Assembly (NCBI GenBank): GCA_017513445.1
Contig: JAFXFS010000014.1
Location: forward strand, 1,218-65,217
Source: Bacteroidales bacterium
Lineage (GTDB): Bacteria > Bacteroidota > Bacteroidia > Bacteroidales > UBA932
Direction of reading: 5' to 3'
DNA: 64,000 nt
Shown: positions 36,438 to 47,506 of the stretch, piece by piece
How the letters are laid out: every line of letters begins with the position of its first letter
Numbering within the stretch: position 1 is the stretch's first letter
Program-made: the position numbers and the translations under genes
Notes under the pieces: generated by a model
Told to the model about the DNA's origin: nothing
The model's database searches: none
What the model saw: only the letters and a program-made list of their open reading frames with translations

Positions 36438-39155
36438 ATGAGCATTGAAGATAGAGATAAAGATCTTGAAAATGAGGGACTTACATCTGGTGAAGAGCTA
36501 AGTGAATGTAATAGCCAGGAGGTCGCAAAATTCGAGAAAGTTGTCAAAGATGGGGAGAATAAATATAAGTTGTCGGGAATGTTTAGAAACTGGTTCCTCG
36601 ACTATGCTTCTTATGTAATTTTAGAGAGAGCTGTACCTCACATCATCGATGGTTTGAAACCGGTACAACGTCGTATTCTTCACGCAATGAAGAATGGTGA
36701 AAATGGTAAATTACATAAGGTTGCCGGTATTGCCGGTGATACAATGAAATTTCACCCTCACGGCGATGCATCCATCAAAGATGCTCTTGTTCAATTGGGA
36801 CAAAAGGGATATATGATTACCTGCCAGGGTAACTGGGGTAATATAATCACAGGTGATGAGGCAGCTGCAGGACGTTATATAGAGGCGAAATTGAGTGATT
36901 TTGCCCTTGAAGTGGCATTTAATAGTAAAATAACTGAGTGGGTAGCTTCTTACGATGGAGAGTCTCAGGAACCTGTAAATCTTCCTATTAAGTTTCCTCT
37001 ACTACTAGCTCACGGCTCAGAAGGTATCGCAGTAGGTCTTGCTTGTAAAATACTACCTCACAACTTCAATGAATTGCTTGATGCTTGTGTCTGTGCATTG
37101 AAGAATGAGGAGTTTGAACTATTCCCAGACTTCCCTACCGGTGGATTTGCTGATTGCAGCAGATATAATGGTGGTTTAAGAGGATCTCAGGTCAAGGTTC
37201 GTGCTAAAATTGAGAAGTTAGACAAAAAGACTCTTGCTATTACAGAGATTCCATTTGGGACAAACACATCTACCATTATTGAAAGTATCTATAAAGCACA
37301 CGAGCAGGGTAAAATTAAGATTAAAAAGGTGGATGATAATACCTCTTCACAGGCAAGAATTGTCATTACACTACAAAATGATGTATCTCCTGATAAGACA
37401 ATAGATGCTCTTTATGCATTTACAAATTGTGAAGTCTCACTAAATCCTAACTCTTGTGTAATTATGGATAGCAAACCTCACTTTTTAAAGGTAGAGGATA
37501 TTTTGCGTTACAATGCTTTCCACACTAAAGATCTGTTCCACAAAGAGTTATCGATTATTTTAGATGAACTTGAGGCAAGTTGGCACTATAGTTCACTTGA
37601 AAAGATCTTCTTCGAAAAGAAGGTATATAGAATTTTGGAAAATGATGCTCGCTCTTGGGAAAGACAACTTGATGATGTTGAACAAGAGATGTCTAAATAT
37701 CAAAATCTGCTTTACAGGGAGATAAAACGAGAGGATATTTTGAAACTTGTAGAAAAACCTGTAAGAAAAATCTCAAAATTTGACATTAAAGCAGCTGAAG
37801 AGAAGATCCGTTCTATTGAGGAGAAAATTGCAGAGGTTAAACACAATCTTGCTCACTTGACTGAGTACACAATCAACCACTTCATCCACTTAAAGGAGAA
37901 GTATGGTGCTAAATTCCCTCGCAAAACTACACTTACCTCATTTGAAACTATTCTTGCGACCAAGGTTGTAGCAAACAATGCTAAACTATACGCAAATAAA
38001 GAGGAAGGATTTGTCGGAACCTCTCTTAAAAAGGATGAGAATGCAGAATTCATTTGTGACTGTTCTGATATTGATGATATTATCGTTTTCTTAAAATCAG
38101 GTAAATACATCATCACAAAAGTCTCAACAAAGGCATTTATAGGTAAGAAAATCATACACGTTGCTGTCTTTAAGAAAAACGACAAACGTACAATCTACAA
38201 TGCAATATATAGGGATGGAAAAGGTGGAGTCGTTTATGCGAAGCGATTCTATGTAAGTGGTATCTCGAAAGATAAAGAGTACGACCTTACTCAAGGAAAG
38301 CCAGATTCTACTGTACTATGGCTCACATCAAATCCTAACGGAGAGGCAGAGAAGATTAAAGTCTATTACAAACCAAGACCAAAGTTGAAAAAACTTAATG
38401 AGGAGTTTGACTTTGCCAAACTTCTTATCAAGGGTAGAGCATCAAGAGGTAATTTGGTTACAAAAAATCAGATTACAAAGATTCAGTTTAAATCTAAAGG
38501 TAGCTCTACAATTGGAGGAAAAGCAATCTGGTTTGACAATGACATAAGTCGTCTTAATGAGGACTCAAGAGGCACATTCCTTGGAAAATTCGAAGATGGT
38601 GAACACATTTTGGCTATCTGTAAAGATGGTACATACTATACCACATCATTTGATTTAAGTAACAGATATCAGGGTGATCTAATGAAAGTTGAGAAGTTAT
38701 CAACTGATAAAACATATTCTGTACTATATTGGGATGATGAGGTAAAAAGTTTCTACATAAAACGATTCTCTTTTGAAGTGAGTGACAATAATGTTCAATC
38801 ATTTATTGGAGAGGCAAAGGGTTCTTATCTTGTAGCAATTTCAGAAGATAAATATCCTCAACTAGAACTTATTTTTGGTGGTAAACATATCGGAAGAGTC
38901 CCAGAAATAATTGATGTTGAACAATTTATCGGTAAAAAGGGCATCAAAGCCAAAGGCAAGAAAGTTACTTACTTTGAGACCTCAGAAATTAGATTTATAG
39001 AACCTCTTGTCAAAGAGGAGGAGAAACCGGCAGAAGATGAATCGGAAATTGAATTGAATCTGGAAGAGAATAGCATTGAGACCAACATCATTGCAGACTC
39101 TGATAATGATGATATTCCAGATTTTGATGAACCAATAGAATTGACACTATTTTAG
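36438..39155 (+). CDS. parC: DNA topoisomerase IV subunit A (Bacteroidota-type ParC)
   Basis: 905 aa with WFLDYASYVILERAVPHIIDGLKPVQRRIL, HPHGD and the catalytic Tyr context AAGRYIEAKL. The tail is acidic. Confidence 0.8.
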   Translation: MSIEDRDKDLENEGLTSGEELSECNSQEVAKFEKVVKDGENKYKLSGMFRNWFLDYASYVILERAVPHIIDGLKPVQRRILHAMKNGENGKLHKVAGIAGDTMKFHPHGDASIKDALVQLGQKGYMITCQGNWGNIITGDEAAAGRYIEAKLSDFALEVAFNSKITEWVASYDGESQEPVNLPIKFPLLLAHGSEGIAVGLACKILPHNFNELLDACVCALKNEEFELFPDFPTGGFADCSRYNGGLRGSQVKVRAKIEKLDKKTLAITEIPFGTNTSTIIESIYKAHEQGKIKIKKVDDNTSSQARIVITLQNDVSPDKTIDALYAFTNCEVSLNPNSCVIMDSKPHFLKVEDILRYNAFHTKDLFHKELSIILDELEASWHYSSLEKIFFEKKVYRILENDARSWERQLDDVEQEMSKYQNLLYREIKREDILKLVEKPVRKISKFDIKAAEEKIRSIEEKIAEVKHNLAHLTEYTINHFIHLKEKYGAKFPRKTTLTSFETILATKVVANNAKLYANKEEGFVGTSLKKDENAEFICDCSDIDDIIVFLKSGKYIITKVSTKAFIGKKIIHVAVFKKNDKRTIYNAIYRDGKGGVVYAKRFYVSGISKDKEYDLTQGKPDSTVLWLTSNPNGEAEKIKVYYKPRPKLKKLNEEFDFAKLLIKGRASRGNLVTKNQITKIQFKSKGSSTIGGKAIWFDNDISRLNEDSRGTFLGKFEDGEHILAICKDGTYYTTSFDLSNRYQGDLMKVEKLSTDKTYSVLYWDDEVKSFYIKRFSFEVSDNNVQSFIGEAKGSYLVAISEDKYPQLELIFGGKHIGRVPEIIDVEQFIGKKGIKAKGKKVTYFETSEIRFIEPLVKEEEKPAEDESEIELNLEENSIETNIIADSDNDDIPDFDEPIELTLF

Positions 39156-39161
39156 TATAAA

Positions 39162-39602
39162 ATGGTAATTTCCATTATAGGTTTCCCATTCAGTGGCAAA
39201 AGCACATACGGCAAGAAACTGGCATCAGATCTTGGCTGGGAATGGGTAGATTTGGATAATTACATTGAGGAGAGATATGGCTCAATCGAAGAGATAATTT
39301 CCACCAAAGGTGAAGAGTATTTTCGAGATATTGAGAGCAAGTCTCTCCTTGAATTTTCTAATGAGGTTGAGAATAGAGACATTATTCTATCCTGCGGAGG
39401 AGGAACTCCCCTACGCCCAGATAACCAGCTTATACTCAAAGGATTAGGAAAAATATTGTGGTTAGACACACCATTTGATATTATTGCAAAAAGATTAGAG
39501 GATTCTCCTCAAAAACGTGCAATATTTGCCAACTGCAACTCAATCGAAGATATTAAGAAAATCTACGATGAACGCAGGAAAATATATGAATCCCTGGAAT
39601 AA
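39162..39602 (+). CDS. aroK: shikimate kinase
   Basis: 146 aa. P-loop GFPFSGKST, then D.D, GEEYFR and GGG motifs in AroK order. Confidence 0.8.
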   Translation: MVISIIGFPFSGKSTYGKKLASDLGWEWVDLDNYIEERYGSIEEIISTKGEEYFRDIESKSLLEFSNEVENRDIILSCGGGTPLRPDNQLILKGLGKILWLDTPFDIIAKRLEDSPQKRAIFANCNSIEDIKKIYDERRKIYESLE

Positions 39603-39654
39603 TAAATAAAGACGGGGATGACAAATCATTGATCATAATTCATTTAGTATCAAA

Positions 39655-41058
39655 TTACAAATTTATCTCTGAACTATACTCCCTGCCAAAACGGTCCTTT
39701 GCAACAACCTTAATGTGCTTTGCTCCGTCAGATGGCTTAGCTCTAAAGAAGAAGTGAGCCTTATGAGGTTTACGAAAATCTGCTACATTTTTACCTTCAT
39801 AGAACTCTTCTATATCTTCCTTATAATCAGGAGAATAATCCTCACACTGATCCATCTTACCCATATACTCACCATCCTGGTACCACTCAACTATCCACTC
39901 TTGATCCCAGTCCCATACCTTTGCCAAAAGATATTCACTATTCAATATACCTCTACCAGGTTCAAAAATTGTAATTTGGTGTTCTACAGGGAGAGCAGTT
40001 GATTTATAATACCACGAGAAATTACCATCAAAAGATTCAAAAACTTTATAACCATTAGGAGTACCATCTTTTGCGTGATCACAGGCCCACCAAGAACCTC
40101 CGGCAGAGGAGATATTGTGTTCAATAACATTCTCCTCTACAGTAAATACAGAGTAGTGATGTAGGTGTCCGGAGAGAATTGTAACTTCATAATCCTCACA
40201 AACCTTCATAAGTTTCTCTCCACTTTTCATCTTTCTGTTTTTTGCAAACCAACGATAATATGGAGCGTGCATTGCGAAGATAATATGAGATCCCTTAGGA
40301 ACATATCTCTTTAGATAATCTCTTACCCAATATATCTGTTCATCGGTAATCTCTTCATTATATCTGTTCTTGCCTTTATATATAATGTTATCTAAAACTA
40401 TTACATAATCATTTCCCAAATTAAAGGCATAATAATTTGGACCAAACTCATCTCTATAATCATCTGCAGATTCATCATCATCATTCTCTCCAGTGTCGTG
40501 GTCGTGATTACCAATCACCGGATAGAACGGGAAATCAAGTGCCTTTGTTGCCTTTTTATATTTTGGAAGGTAATCAAGGTCATCCCAGGCCATATCTCCC
40601 AAAGCAATACCAACTATTTGAGCATCACTTCCTTCATATCTATCAGCACTCTCTTGCAAATCAGGAATCGTCTCCTCTTTGTATCTGTCAATATGCTTTT
40701 TACTCTTCATTTGAGGATCAGCAGTTGCTATCAATACATAGTTCTCTTTGGATCCACATTTTTTTAACTTAAAATTATATTTATCCTTCTCCTGATCAAT
40801 CTCTTGATAGAATTGAGGAGTTCCATCCTTATATTTTGATACATATCCCGATGGCGTTACGATATATACAAACTCAGCATCTCGACTAACATCAAGTGTA
40901 TAACGACCTGTGAATGAAGTCTTTGTAAAGTTTTCACCATCTGTTACGACTACATTTTTAAGAGGTTTCAATCCACATTTTACGACACCTTTAATCTCTC
41001 TTGCATTCAATGATAAAACAGCTAAAAGAGAGAGAGTTATGATAAAAAATCTTTTCAT
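39655..41058 (-). CDS. secreted calcineurin-like metallophosphoesterase (MetallophosN/Metallophos/MetallophosC-like layout)
   Basis: The track ORF extends to 41178. The signal peptide MKRFFIITLSLLAVLSLNA starts at ATG 41058-41056, which removes the overlap with glpT. Motifs: GDMAWDD, GNHDHD, MHAPY, GHLHH. Confidence 0.75.
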   Translation of the reverse strand: MKRFFIITLSLLAVLSLNAREIKGVVKCGLKPLKNVVVTDGENFTKTSFTGRYTLDVSRDAEFVYIVTPSGYVSKYKDGTPQFYQEIDQEKDKYNFKLKKCGSKENYVLIATADPQMKSKKHIDRYKEETIPDLQESADRYEGSDAQIVGIALGDMAWDDLDYLPKYKKATKALDFPFYPVIGNHDHDTGENDDDESADDYRDEFGPNYYAFNLGNDYVIVLDNIIYKGKNRYNEEITDEQIYWVRDYLKRYVPKGSHIIFAMHAPYYRWFAKNRKMKSGEKLMKVCEDYEVTILSGHLHHYSVFTVEENVIEHNISSAGGSWWACDHAKDGTPNGYKVFESFDGNFSWYYKSTALPVEHQITIFEPGRGILNSEYLLAKVWDWDQEWIVEWYQDGEYMGKMDQCEDYSPDYKEDIEEFYEGKNVADFRKPHKAHFFFRAKPSDGAKHIKVVAKDRFGREYSSEINL

Positions 41059-41128
41059 AATTACAGAATTATATTTTAACAAATTTAAAAGATTTTTATC
41101 TAAAAGACAAGTTTCTTTACTATTAATG

Positions 41129-42541
41129 TTAAAGAGCCTTTTCTCGCTTCCAGGTAGTTGCACAGAAGATAGTCGCAATCGCAGCTCCTACAATAAAGAT
41201 CCAGAATACAGGAAGCCAGCCATAATTTTCAGCCACACCGCCAAGAAGTATTTTTGCCAATAGTGCATCACCTATAAGATATCCAAAGAGACCTACAAAG
41301 CCAGCAGCTGTTCCTGCTGCATTTTTGGGAACTAAATTCAATGCCTGAACACCAATAAGGGCAACCGGACCATAAATACAGAAACCAATCTCAATCAATG
41401 CTATATAGACAATTACTACCATTGTACTCTCTACTGTAGCACCAAAAATTGGAGCAAGAAGAGCAGCAACACTACCAGCTTGCCAGTATAGAAGTATTCC
41501 CAAAAGTACCAAAATCATATATAGTACATTTGCCGGAGCACATCTTCCTTTGAATAATTTGGCAGAGATCCAACCACAGATGATTGTACCAGGGACACCT
41601 GCATAGTTATGAAGGGCAAATGCAAGCTTACTTTGTGAGGCATCCATAATACTCATCTCTTGTAGGTAAACAGGAGCCCAATCGGCAATACCATATCTGA
41701 TTAGATAGACAAATGAATTAGCAATCGCTATCAGCCATAAGATTTTATTCTTGAAAATATAATCCACAAAGAGGCGTTTGAATGGAATCTTCACCTCCTC
41801 ACCCTTTTTATTCTTTACTCCAGAATAGTCATCTCTATACTCCTCAATAGGTGGAAGTCCGCAGGCAGTTGGTCTATCACGTAGAGCCCAATAGCAGAAT
41901 AGTGCTATTACTATTGCAATTATACTTGGGAATATGAATGCTGCTCGCCAAGTCTGATCAACAAAGCCAAATGCCACCATCACAGAGACTCCGATAGCGA
42001 CTAAAAGACTCATTGATCCATTTCCAATAGTATGTGATGTGTTCCAGAGACTCATCTTGAAACTTCTTTCATTTTGAGAGAACCAATGCGACATTACCCT
42101 GCCACAAGGCGGCCATCCCATTCCTGAAAGCCATCCTACCATTAACATTGCTATAAAGATTACAACAACATTTAGAGATGTGTCTGTTGTACTATATGGC
42201 AGAAAACCAACAACTAGCATCACTAAAGCAGATAAAACCAATCCCACTGAAAGGAATTTTCTTGCATCTGATCTGTCAGAGATGCTACCCATTATAAATT
42301 TACTGAATGCGTATGCGATTGAGATAGCTGATGCTGCTATACCGACACCTGCCTTATCCAAAAGCCCCTCATTGATCATATCAGGAGCAGCAATAGATAG
42401 ATTTTTTCTAACAAGATAGTACCCGGCATAGCCAAGGAATGCGCCTAAAAAGACTCTGAGACGCATTGAAGGATACTTCGACTTAATCTTTTCCGGAGAT
42501 AGTCGTTCCCTATCTTTTGGAGGGGCAAAGAAATTTTTCAT
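41129..42541 (-). CDS. glpT: glycerol-3-phosphate/phosphate antiporter (MFS, OPA family)
   Basis: 470 aa. It tracks E. coli GlpT closely as I recall it (YYLVRKN, ISIAYAFSKFIMGSISDRS, GMGWPPCGR, CGLPPIEEYRDDY, AAGTAAGFVGLFGYL). Confidence 0.9.
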   Translation of the reverse strand: MKNFFAPPKDRERLSPEKIKSKYPSMRLRVFLGAFLGYAGYYLVRKNLSIAAPDMINEGLLDKAGVGIAASAISIAYAFSKFIMGSISDRSDARKFLSVGLVLSALVMLVVGFLPYSTTDTSLNVVVIFIAMLMVGWLSGMGWPPCGRVMSHWFSQNERSFKMSLWNTSHTIGNGSMSLLVAIGVSVMVAFGFVDQTWRAAFIFPSIIAIVIALFCYWALRDRPTACGLPPIEEYRDDYSGVKNKKGEEVKIPFKRLFVDYIFKNKILWLIAIANSFVYLIRYGIADWAPVYLQEMSIMDASQSKLAFALHNYAGVPGTIICGWISAKLFKGRCAPANVLYMILVLLGILLYWQAGSVAALLAPIFGATVESTMVVIVYIALIEIGFCIYGPVALIGVQALNLVPKNAAGTAAGFVGLFGYLIGDALLAKILLGGVAENYGWLPVFWIFIVGAAIATIFCATTWKREKAL

Positions 42542-44106
42542 TAACAGTCAACAAAATAATTTGATGCCAGTTTAACAAAGCTATCTATTTGATTATCAAT
42601 CCATTGTTGAGATTCACCCAACTCTTTTGCCATAATCTCAGCAACTTTTGGTGCAACTGCGGTTGCCTCACGAGCATCTAAAAAGAGCAATCTTACTCTA
42701 CGTGCCAAAACATCTTCGACACTGTTAGCCATCTCCTTTCTGACAGCCCAAATGACTTCAGCTACTGTATAATCATACTTCTGAGAGATTTTCTCTCCAT
42801 ATTCCGGATTCTCCTTAGCCAATGCTAAAATAGCATCCGCATCTGAGCCATAGATGTAAAGGTGATCATTCAAATCAACACCTTTTTTATATCCGTGAAT
42901 TCGCAAATTCTTAGTCTTACAAGGTTTCGGTGTAAGGTTTGAAACCTGGATTGCTCTATTTACCGTATCCTCTGCCATAAGGCGATATGAAGTCCATTTT
43001 CCTCCTGTTATAGTCACCATACCACTCTCTGATGTGAAGAGTTTGTGTCCACGTGAAATCTCCTTACTACTCTTACCCTCCTTTTTAGGAGCTGCTAATG
43101 GTCTTTGTCCTGCAAAGACTGACTGAATATCAGCACGTGTTGGAGCTGGATTCATATAAAGAGATGCAGTATTCAAAATGAAATCTATCTCCTCTTGAAG
43201 TGGAACAGGTTCCGATTCCGGAGTAGGACGAACTATATCGGTAGTACCTACAACCACCTTATTATGCCAAGGAACTGCAAAGAGAACACGACCATCACTG
43301 GTCTTAGGGACCATTATTGCGTAATCACTCTGTAAGAACTTCATATCTAAAACCAGGTGAACACCCTGACTTGGAACAATCATCTTTGTATGGGATGAAG
43401 AATCCATCTTCATTACATCATCGACAAAGATACCACCTGCATTAACTATAGAGCGAGATTTTATTGAGTATTCTTCACCTGTGAGGAGATCTTCCACAAC
43501 TACACCTGATGCCTTTCCATCTGTATGGATAATAGATTTTACCTTCATCTTATTGAGAGCCACTCCGCCATTATCGACACAGGTCTGAGCTAATGAAATA
43601 GCCATTCGAGAGTCATCAAATTGGCCATCGTGATAGACAATTCCTCCCTTTAAACCTTTCTCTACTGATGTCGGAATATATTTCATTACTGTTTTTGCCC
43701 TAACGAAACGGCTTCTGCCATAGCCAAAACCGAATGATAGCAGATCATAGAATAATAGCCCGAAAAAGTATAGAAAATTATCCCAATTCCTATAATTTGA
43801 AATCAGAAATGATTGATCTTTAACAAGATGCGGAGCATTTGCCTTCATTCTACCACGTTCCCGAAGAGCTTCAAGAACCAACATTACATCTCCTTTCTGA
43901 AGATATCTGACACCACCGTGAACAAGCTTCGTACTTCTACTTGAGGTTGATTTGGCAAAATCGTCCATTTCGAAGAGAGCAACACTATACCCACGTGAAG
44001 CAGCATCAACTGCAACTCCAAGTCCTGTTGCTCCACCGCCAATGACGACCATATCCCAAATTATTTCAGAATTTTTAATTTTTCCGACTAATTCAGATCG
44101 TTTCAT
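42541..44106 (-). CDS. glpD: FAD-dependent glycerol-3-phosphate dehydrogenase
   Basis: 521 aa with an FAD fold (VVIGGGATGLGVAVDAASRG) and SSRSTKLVHGGVRYL. It shares one nucleotide with the glpT start. Confidence 0.85.
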   Translation of the reverse strand: MKRSELVGKIKNSEIIWDMVVIGGGATGLGVAVDAASRGYSVALFEMDDFAKSTSSRSTKLVHGGVRYLQKGDVMLVLEALRERGRMKANAPHLVKDQSFLISNYRNWDNFLYFFGLLFYDLLSFGFGYGRSRFVRAKTVMKYIPTSVEKGLKGGIVYHDGQFDDSRMAISLAQTCVDNGGVALNKMKVKSIIHTDGKASGVVVEDLLTGEEYSIKSRSIVNAGGIFVDDVMKMDSSSHTKMIVPSQGVHLVLDMKFLQSDYAIMVPKTSDGRVLFAVPWHNKVVVGTTDIVRPTPESEPVPLQEEIDFILNTASLYMNPAPTRADIQSVFAGQRPLAAPKKEGKSSKEISRGHKLFTSESGMVTITGGKWTSYRLMAEDTVNRAIQVSNLTPKPCKTKNLRIHGYKKGVDLNDHLYIYGSDADAILALAKENPEYGEKISQKYDYTVAEVIWAVRKEMANSVEDVLARRVRLLFLDAREATAVAPKVAEIMAKELGESQQWIDNQIDSFVKLASNYFVDC

Positions 44107-44120
44107 TTTTAATGGAAGTA

Positions 44121-45857
44121 TTAAAAGAGATCCTCTCTATTCTTAATGTCTTTGACTCTCAACTGAATATTTGCAATTCCACGATAATAGTTTTCAGCAA
44201 TTGAATAACAAATATCTACAGGGTTTCCTGCCTGGATATGATCAAAATGCTCAGTTCTATTAAATGCAATTGCAGAGATATGTCTGTATGGTTCATCCTC
44301 CTGAATAAGCTCCAGTTTTAAGTGACCATTATCTGAACCAACCTTACGTCCATTTCCATTATCATAAACATTCTCTGTAATAAATACAGGAGAGTGGTTA
44401 CCCGGGCCAAAAGGTTGGAATTGTTTTAGAATTCTAAAAAATTTAGGAGTAATCTGCTTAAAATCAAGATAGGTATCAATATTGACAATAGGTGTCAACA
44501 TCTCATCATTGATTTTTGACTCAACATAAGCTTCAAAACGACGACAGAACTCCTCATAATTCTCCTCTTTCAAGGTCATTCCGGCAGCATACATATGACC
44601 ACCGAAGTTCTCAAGAAGGTCTGAACAATTTTCAATCGCATCATAAAGGTCAAATCCCGCAATTGAACGAGCAGATCCTGTAATAGTCTTATCGCCTGAC
44701 TTTGTAAATACAATTGTAGGACGGTAATATGCCTCAACCAGACGTGAAGCTACGATTCCAACAACACCCTTATGCCAAGATGGGTTATAGACTACTGTTG
44801 ATTTTTTTGTTGCAAAATGAGGAGAGTTCTTTACCATATCAATGGCTTCGTGAGTAATCTCTCTATCAACACTCTTTCGTTCGTTATTTTGAGTATTTAT
44901 TGCAACACCTATTGATTGAGCATCTTTATCTGTACGGGATATTAGGAGTTCAACTGCAGTCCTTCCCGACTCCATACGACCAGCCGCATTGATTCTTGGA
45001 CCAATCTTAAAGACTATTTCATCAATAGTAATTTTATGTTTTTCAAGACCTGAAAGTTTAATAATTGATTGCAAACCCTTACGTGGATTTTCATTCAACT
45101 GTTTCAAGCCATAATATGCCAAAATACGATTCTCACCTGTCACCGAAACCAAATCAGATGCAATACTTACTGCAAGAAGATCTAACAATGGAAGAATCTC
45201 CTCAAATTTGATATTATTCTTCATTGCAAATGCCTGCACCAACTTAAATCCTACTCCACAACCAGACAAGTCATCAAATGGATAGTGACAATCCTCTCTC
45301 TTTGGATCCAAGACAGCAACTGCCGGTGGTAATTCAGCATCAGGAAGGTGATGATCACAGATAATCATATCGATACCGAGAGAACTTGCATACTTAACCT
45401 TTTCAATCGCCTTGATACCGCAATCTAAGGCAATGATTAGTGAGAAGCCATTCTCTTTAGCCCAATCAATTCCCTGATATGAAACGCCATAACCTTCGCT
45501 ATATCTATCTGGAATATAGAAATCTGCCTTTGATGTCAATGTACTAATGAACGAGTAAACCAAAGCCACCGCAGTGGTTCCATCAACATCATAGTCGCCA
45601 TAGATAAGAATACTCTCTTTGTTTAATATGGCACTATTCAGACGCTCAACAGCCCTCTCCATATCCTTCATAAGGAATGGATCGTGGATCCTGTCAAGAG
45701 ATGGACGGAAAAATTCACGAGCCTTCTCATAAGTATTGATACCACGCTGCACAAGAAGATTTGCCAGCACTTGATCTATACCAAGTTCCGACGACAACTG
45801 CCTCACCAACGCTGGATTTCCGGGCTCTTTAACTATCCACTTTTTATCTATTGCCAT
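44121..45857 (-). CDS. recJ: single-stranded-DNA-specific exonuclease RecJ
   Basis: 578 aa. DHH-family motifs DYDVDGTT, DCG, CDHH and FGGHMYAAG. Confidence 0.9.
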   Translation of the reverse strand: MAIDKKWIVKEPGNPALVRQLSSELGIDQVLANLLVQRGINTYEKAREFFRPSLDRIHDPFLMKDMERAVERLNSAILNKESILIYGDYDVDGTTAVALVYSFISTLTSKADFYIPDRYSEGYGVSYQGIDWAKENGFSLIIALDCGIKAIEKVKYASSLGIDMIICDHHLPDAELPPAVAVLDPKREDCHYPFDDLSGCGVGFKLVQAFAMKNNIKFEEILPLLDLLAVSIASDLVSVTGENRILAYYGLKQLNENPRKGLQSIIKLSGLEKHKITIDEIVFKIGPRINAAGRMESGRTAVELLISRTDKDAQSIGVAINTQNNERKSVDREITHEAIDMVKNSPHFATKKSTVVYNPSWHKGVVGIVASRLVEAYYRPTIVFTKSGDKTITGSARSIAGFDLYDAIENCSDLLENFGGHMYAAGMTLKEENYEEFCRRFEAYVESKINDEMLTPIVNIDTYLDFKQITPKFFRILKQFQPFGPGNHSPVFITENVYDNGNGRKVGSDNGHLKLELIQEDEPYRHISAIAFNRTEHFDHIQAGNPVDICYSIAENYYRGIANIQLRVKDIKNREDLF

Positions 45858-45905
45858 ATCCTTGCAAAGATATGGAATAAATTTCTATTTTTTAACAAAA
45901 AAGGT

Positions 45906-45913
45906 TATTTTTG
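45906..45913 (+). promoter_or_regulatory. candidate -7 box (TAttTTTG) for lysS
   Basis: 46 nt upstream of the ATG at 45959. Confidence 0.4.
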
Positions 45914-45958
45914 CGAATTAATAACAAGAATAAAAAGAAATAGAATAATTTTTTAAAA

Positions 45959-47506
45959 ATGAGCAATATAGAACTTAACGAACAAGAGGCTGGAAGACGC
46001 GCTTCCTTGCAACAATTAGAGGCATTGGGAATTAACCCATATCCTGCAGAGATGTTTCCTGTAAATGTAACAACAACAGAGATTAAGGAGGGTTATGATC
46101 CTGAAAAAGGCAATTTTGAGAATGTTGTAATTGCTGGTAGAATTATGAGCCGCCGTATTATGGGTGCTGCCTCATTCATTGAACTTCAAGATGAAGAGGG
46201 CAGAATTCAGGTTTATATCAAACGTGACGAGATTTGCCCTGGAGAAGATAAGACCCTTTACAACACAGTTTTCAAAAAACTTCTTGATATTGGTGACATT
46301 ATCGGTATTGAAGGTTATGCTTTTATTACTCAAACAGGCCACCTTTCAGTTCACGCTAAAGGTTTGAAACTTCTAAGCAAGTCGTTGAGAGTTCTTCCAA
46401 TCGTTAAGGAGAAAGAGGGAGAGGTTTATGATGCCTTCTCAGATCCAGAACAAAGATATCGTATGAGATATGTGGATCTAATTGTAAATCAAGGCGTTAG
46501 AGAAACATTTATCAAGAGAAGCAAAATTATTACTTCTATGAGAGAGTTCTTTAACTCATTTGGTTATCACGAGGTTGAAACACCTATCCTCCAACCAATT
46601 CCTGGTGGAGCAAATGCAAGACCTTTCGTTACTCACCATAATGCTTTGGATGTAGATTTGTATCTAAGAATTGCTAATGAGTTGTATTTGAAACGTCTAA
46701 TCGTTGGTGGATTCAGCGGAGTTTATGAATTCAGCCGCAACTTCCGTAATGAGGGTATGGATAGAACTCACAATCCAGAGTTTACCTGTATGGAGATCTA
46801 TGTTGCATACAAAGATTATATCTGGATGATGGAGTTTGTGGAGAAGATGATTCAAAAAGTTGCTCTTGATACTGTTGGTTCTACAGATGTTCAAATTGGC
46901 GAGAATATAGTAAGTTTCAACGCTCCATTCAGGAGATTGCCGATGTTGGATGCAATCAAGGAGTATTCTGGTGTTGATGTTTCAGAGATGAATGAAGAGC
47001 AATTGAGAGAGACCTGCAAAACACTTCACGTTGAAGTTGAACCATCAATGGGTAAAGGTAAATTGATTGAAGCTCTATTCGACGAATTTGTTGAGAAGAA
47101 TTTGATTCAACCTACATTTATTACTGACTATCCTGTTGAATTATCTCCACTAACAAAGAGACACAGAAGCAATCCACAATTGACAGAGCGTTTTGAGCTA
47201 TTTGTCAATGGTAAGGAGCTTGCTAATGCATATAGCGAGTTGAACGACCCAATCGATCAACTTGAGAGATTCAAGGATCAATTGAGACTCAAAGAGAAGG
47301 GAGATGATGAGGCAATGTTCATTGATATGGACTTTGTTCGCGCTCTTGAATATGGTATGCCTCCTACATCTGGTATGGGTATTGGTATAGATCGTTTGGC
47401 AATGTTTATGACAAACTCTCCATCTATCCAGGATGTACTATTCTTCCCTCAAATGAAGCCTCAAAAGAGCAAGAAGAGTGAAGGACAAGAGGAAAAATGC
47501 GAATAA
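45959..47506 (+). CDS. lysS: lysine--tRNA ligase (class II)
   Basis: 515 aa. OB anticodon-binding domain plus class II motifs ([24 protein letters not shown]). Confidence 0.95.
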   Translation: MSNIELNEQEAGRRASLQQLEALGINPYPAEMFPVNVTTTEIKEGYDPEKGNFENVVIAGRIMSRRIMGAASFIELQDEEGRIQVYIKRDEICPGEDKTLYNTVFKKLLDIGDIIGIEGYAFITQTGHLSVHAKGLKLLSKSLRVLPIVKEKEGEVYDAFSDPEQRYRMRYVDLIVNQGVRETFIKRSKIITSMREFFNSFGYHEVETPILQPIPGGANARPFVTHHNALDVDLYLRIANELYLKRLIVGGFSGVYEFSRNFRNEGMDRTHNPEFTCMEIYVAYKDYIWMMEFVEKMIQKVALDTVGSTDVQIGENIVSFNAPFRRLPMLDAIKEYSGVDVSEMNEEQLRETCKTLHVEVEPSMGKGKLIEALFDEFVEKNLIQPTFITDYPVELSPLTKRHRSNPQLTERFELFVNGKELANAYSELNDPIDQLERFKDQLRLKEKGDDEAMFIDMDFVRALEYGMPPTSGMGIGIDRLAMFMTNSPSIQDVLFFPQMKPQKSKKSEGQEEKCE

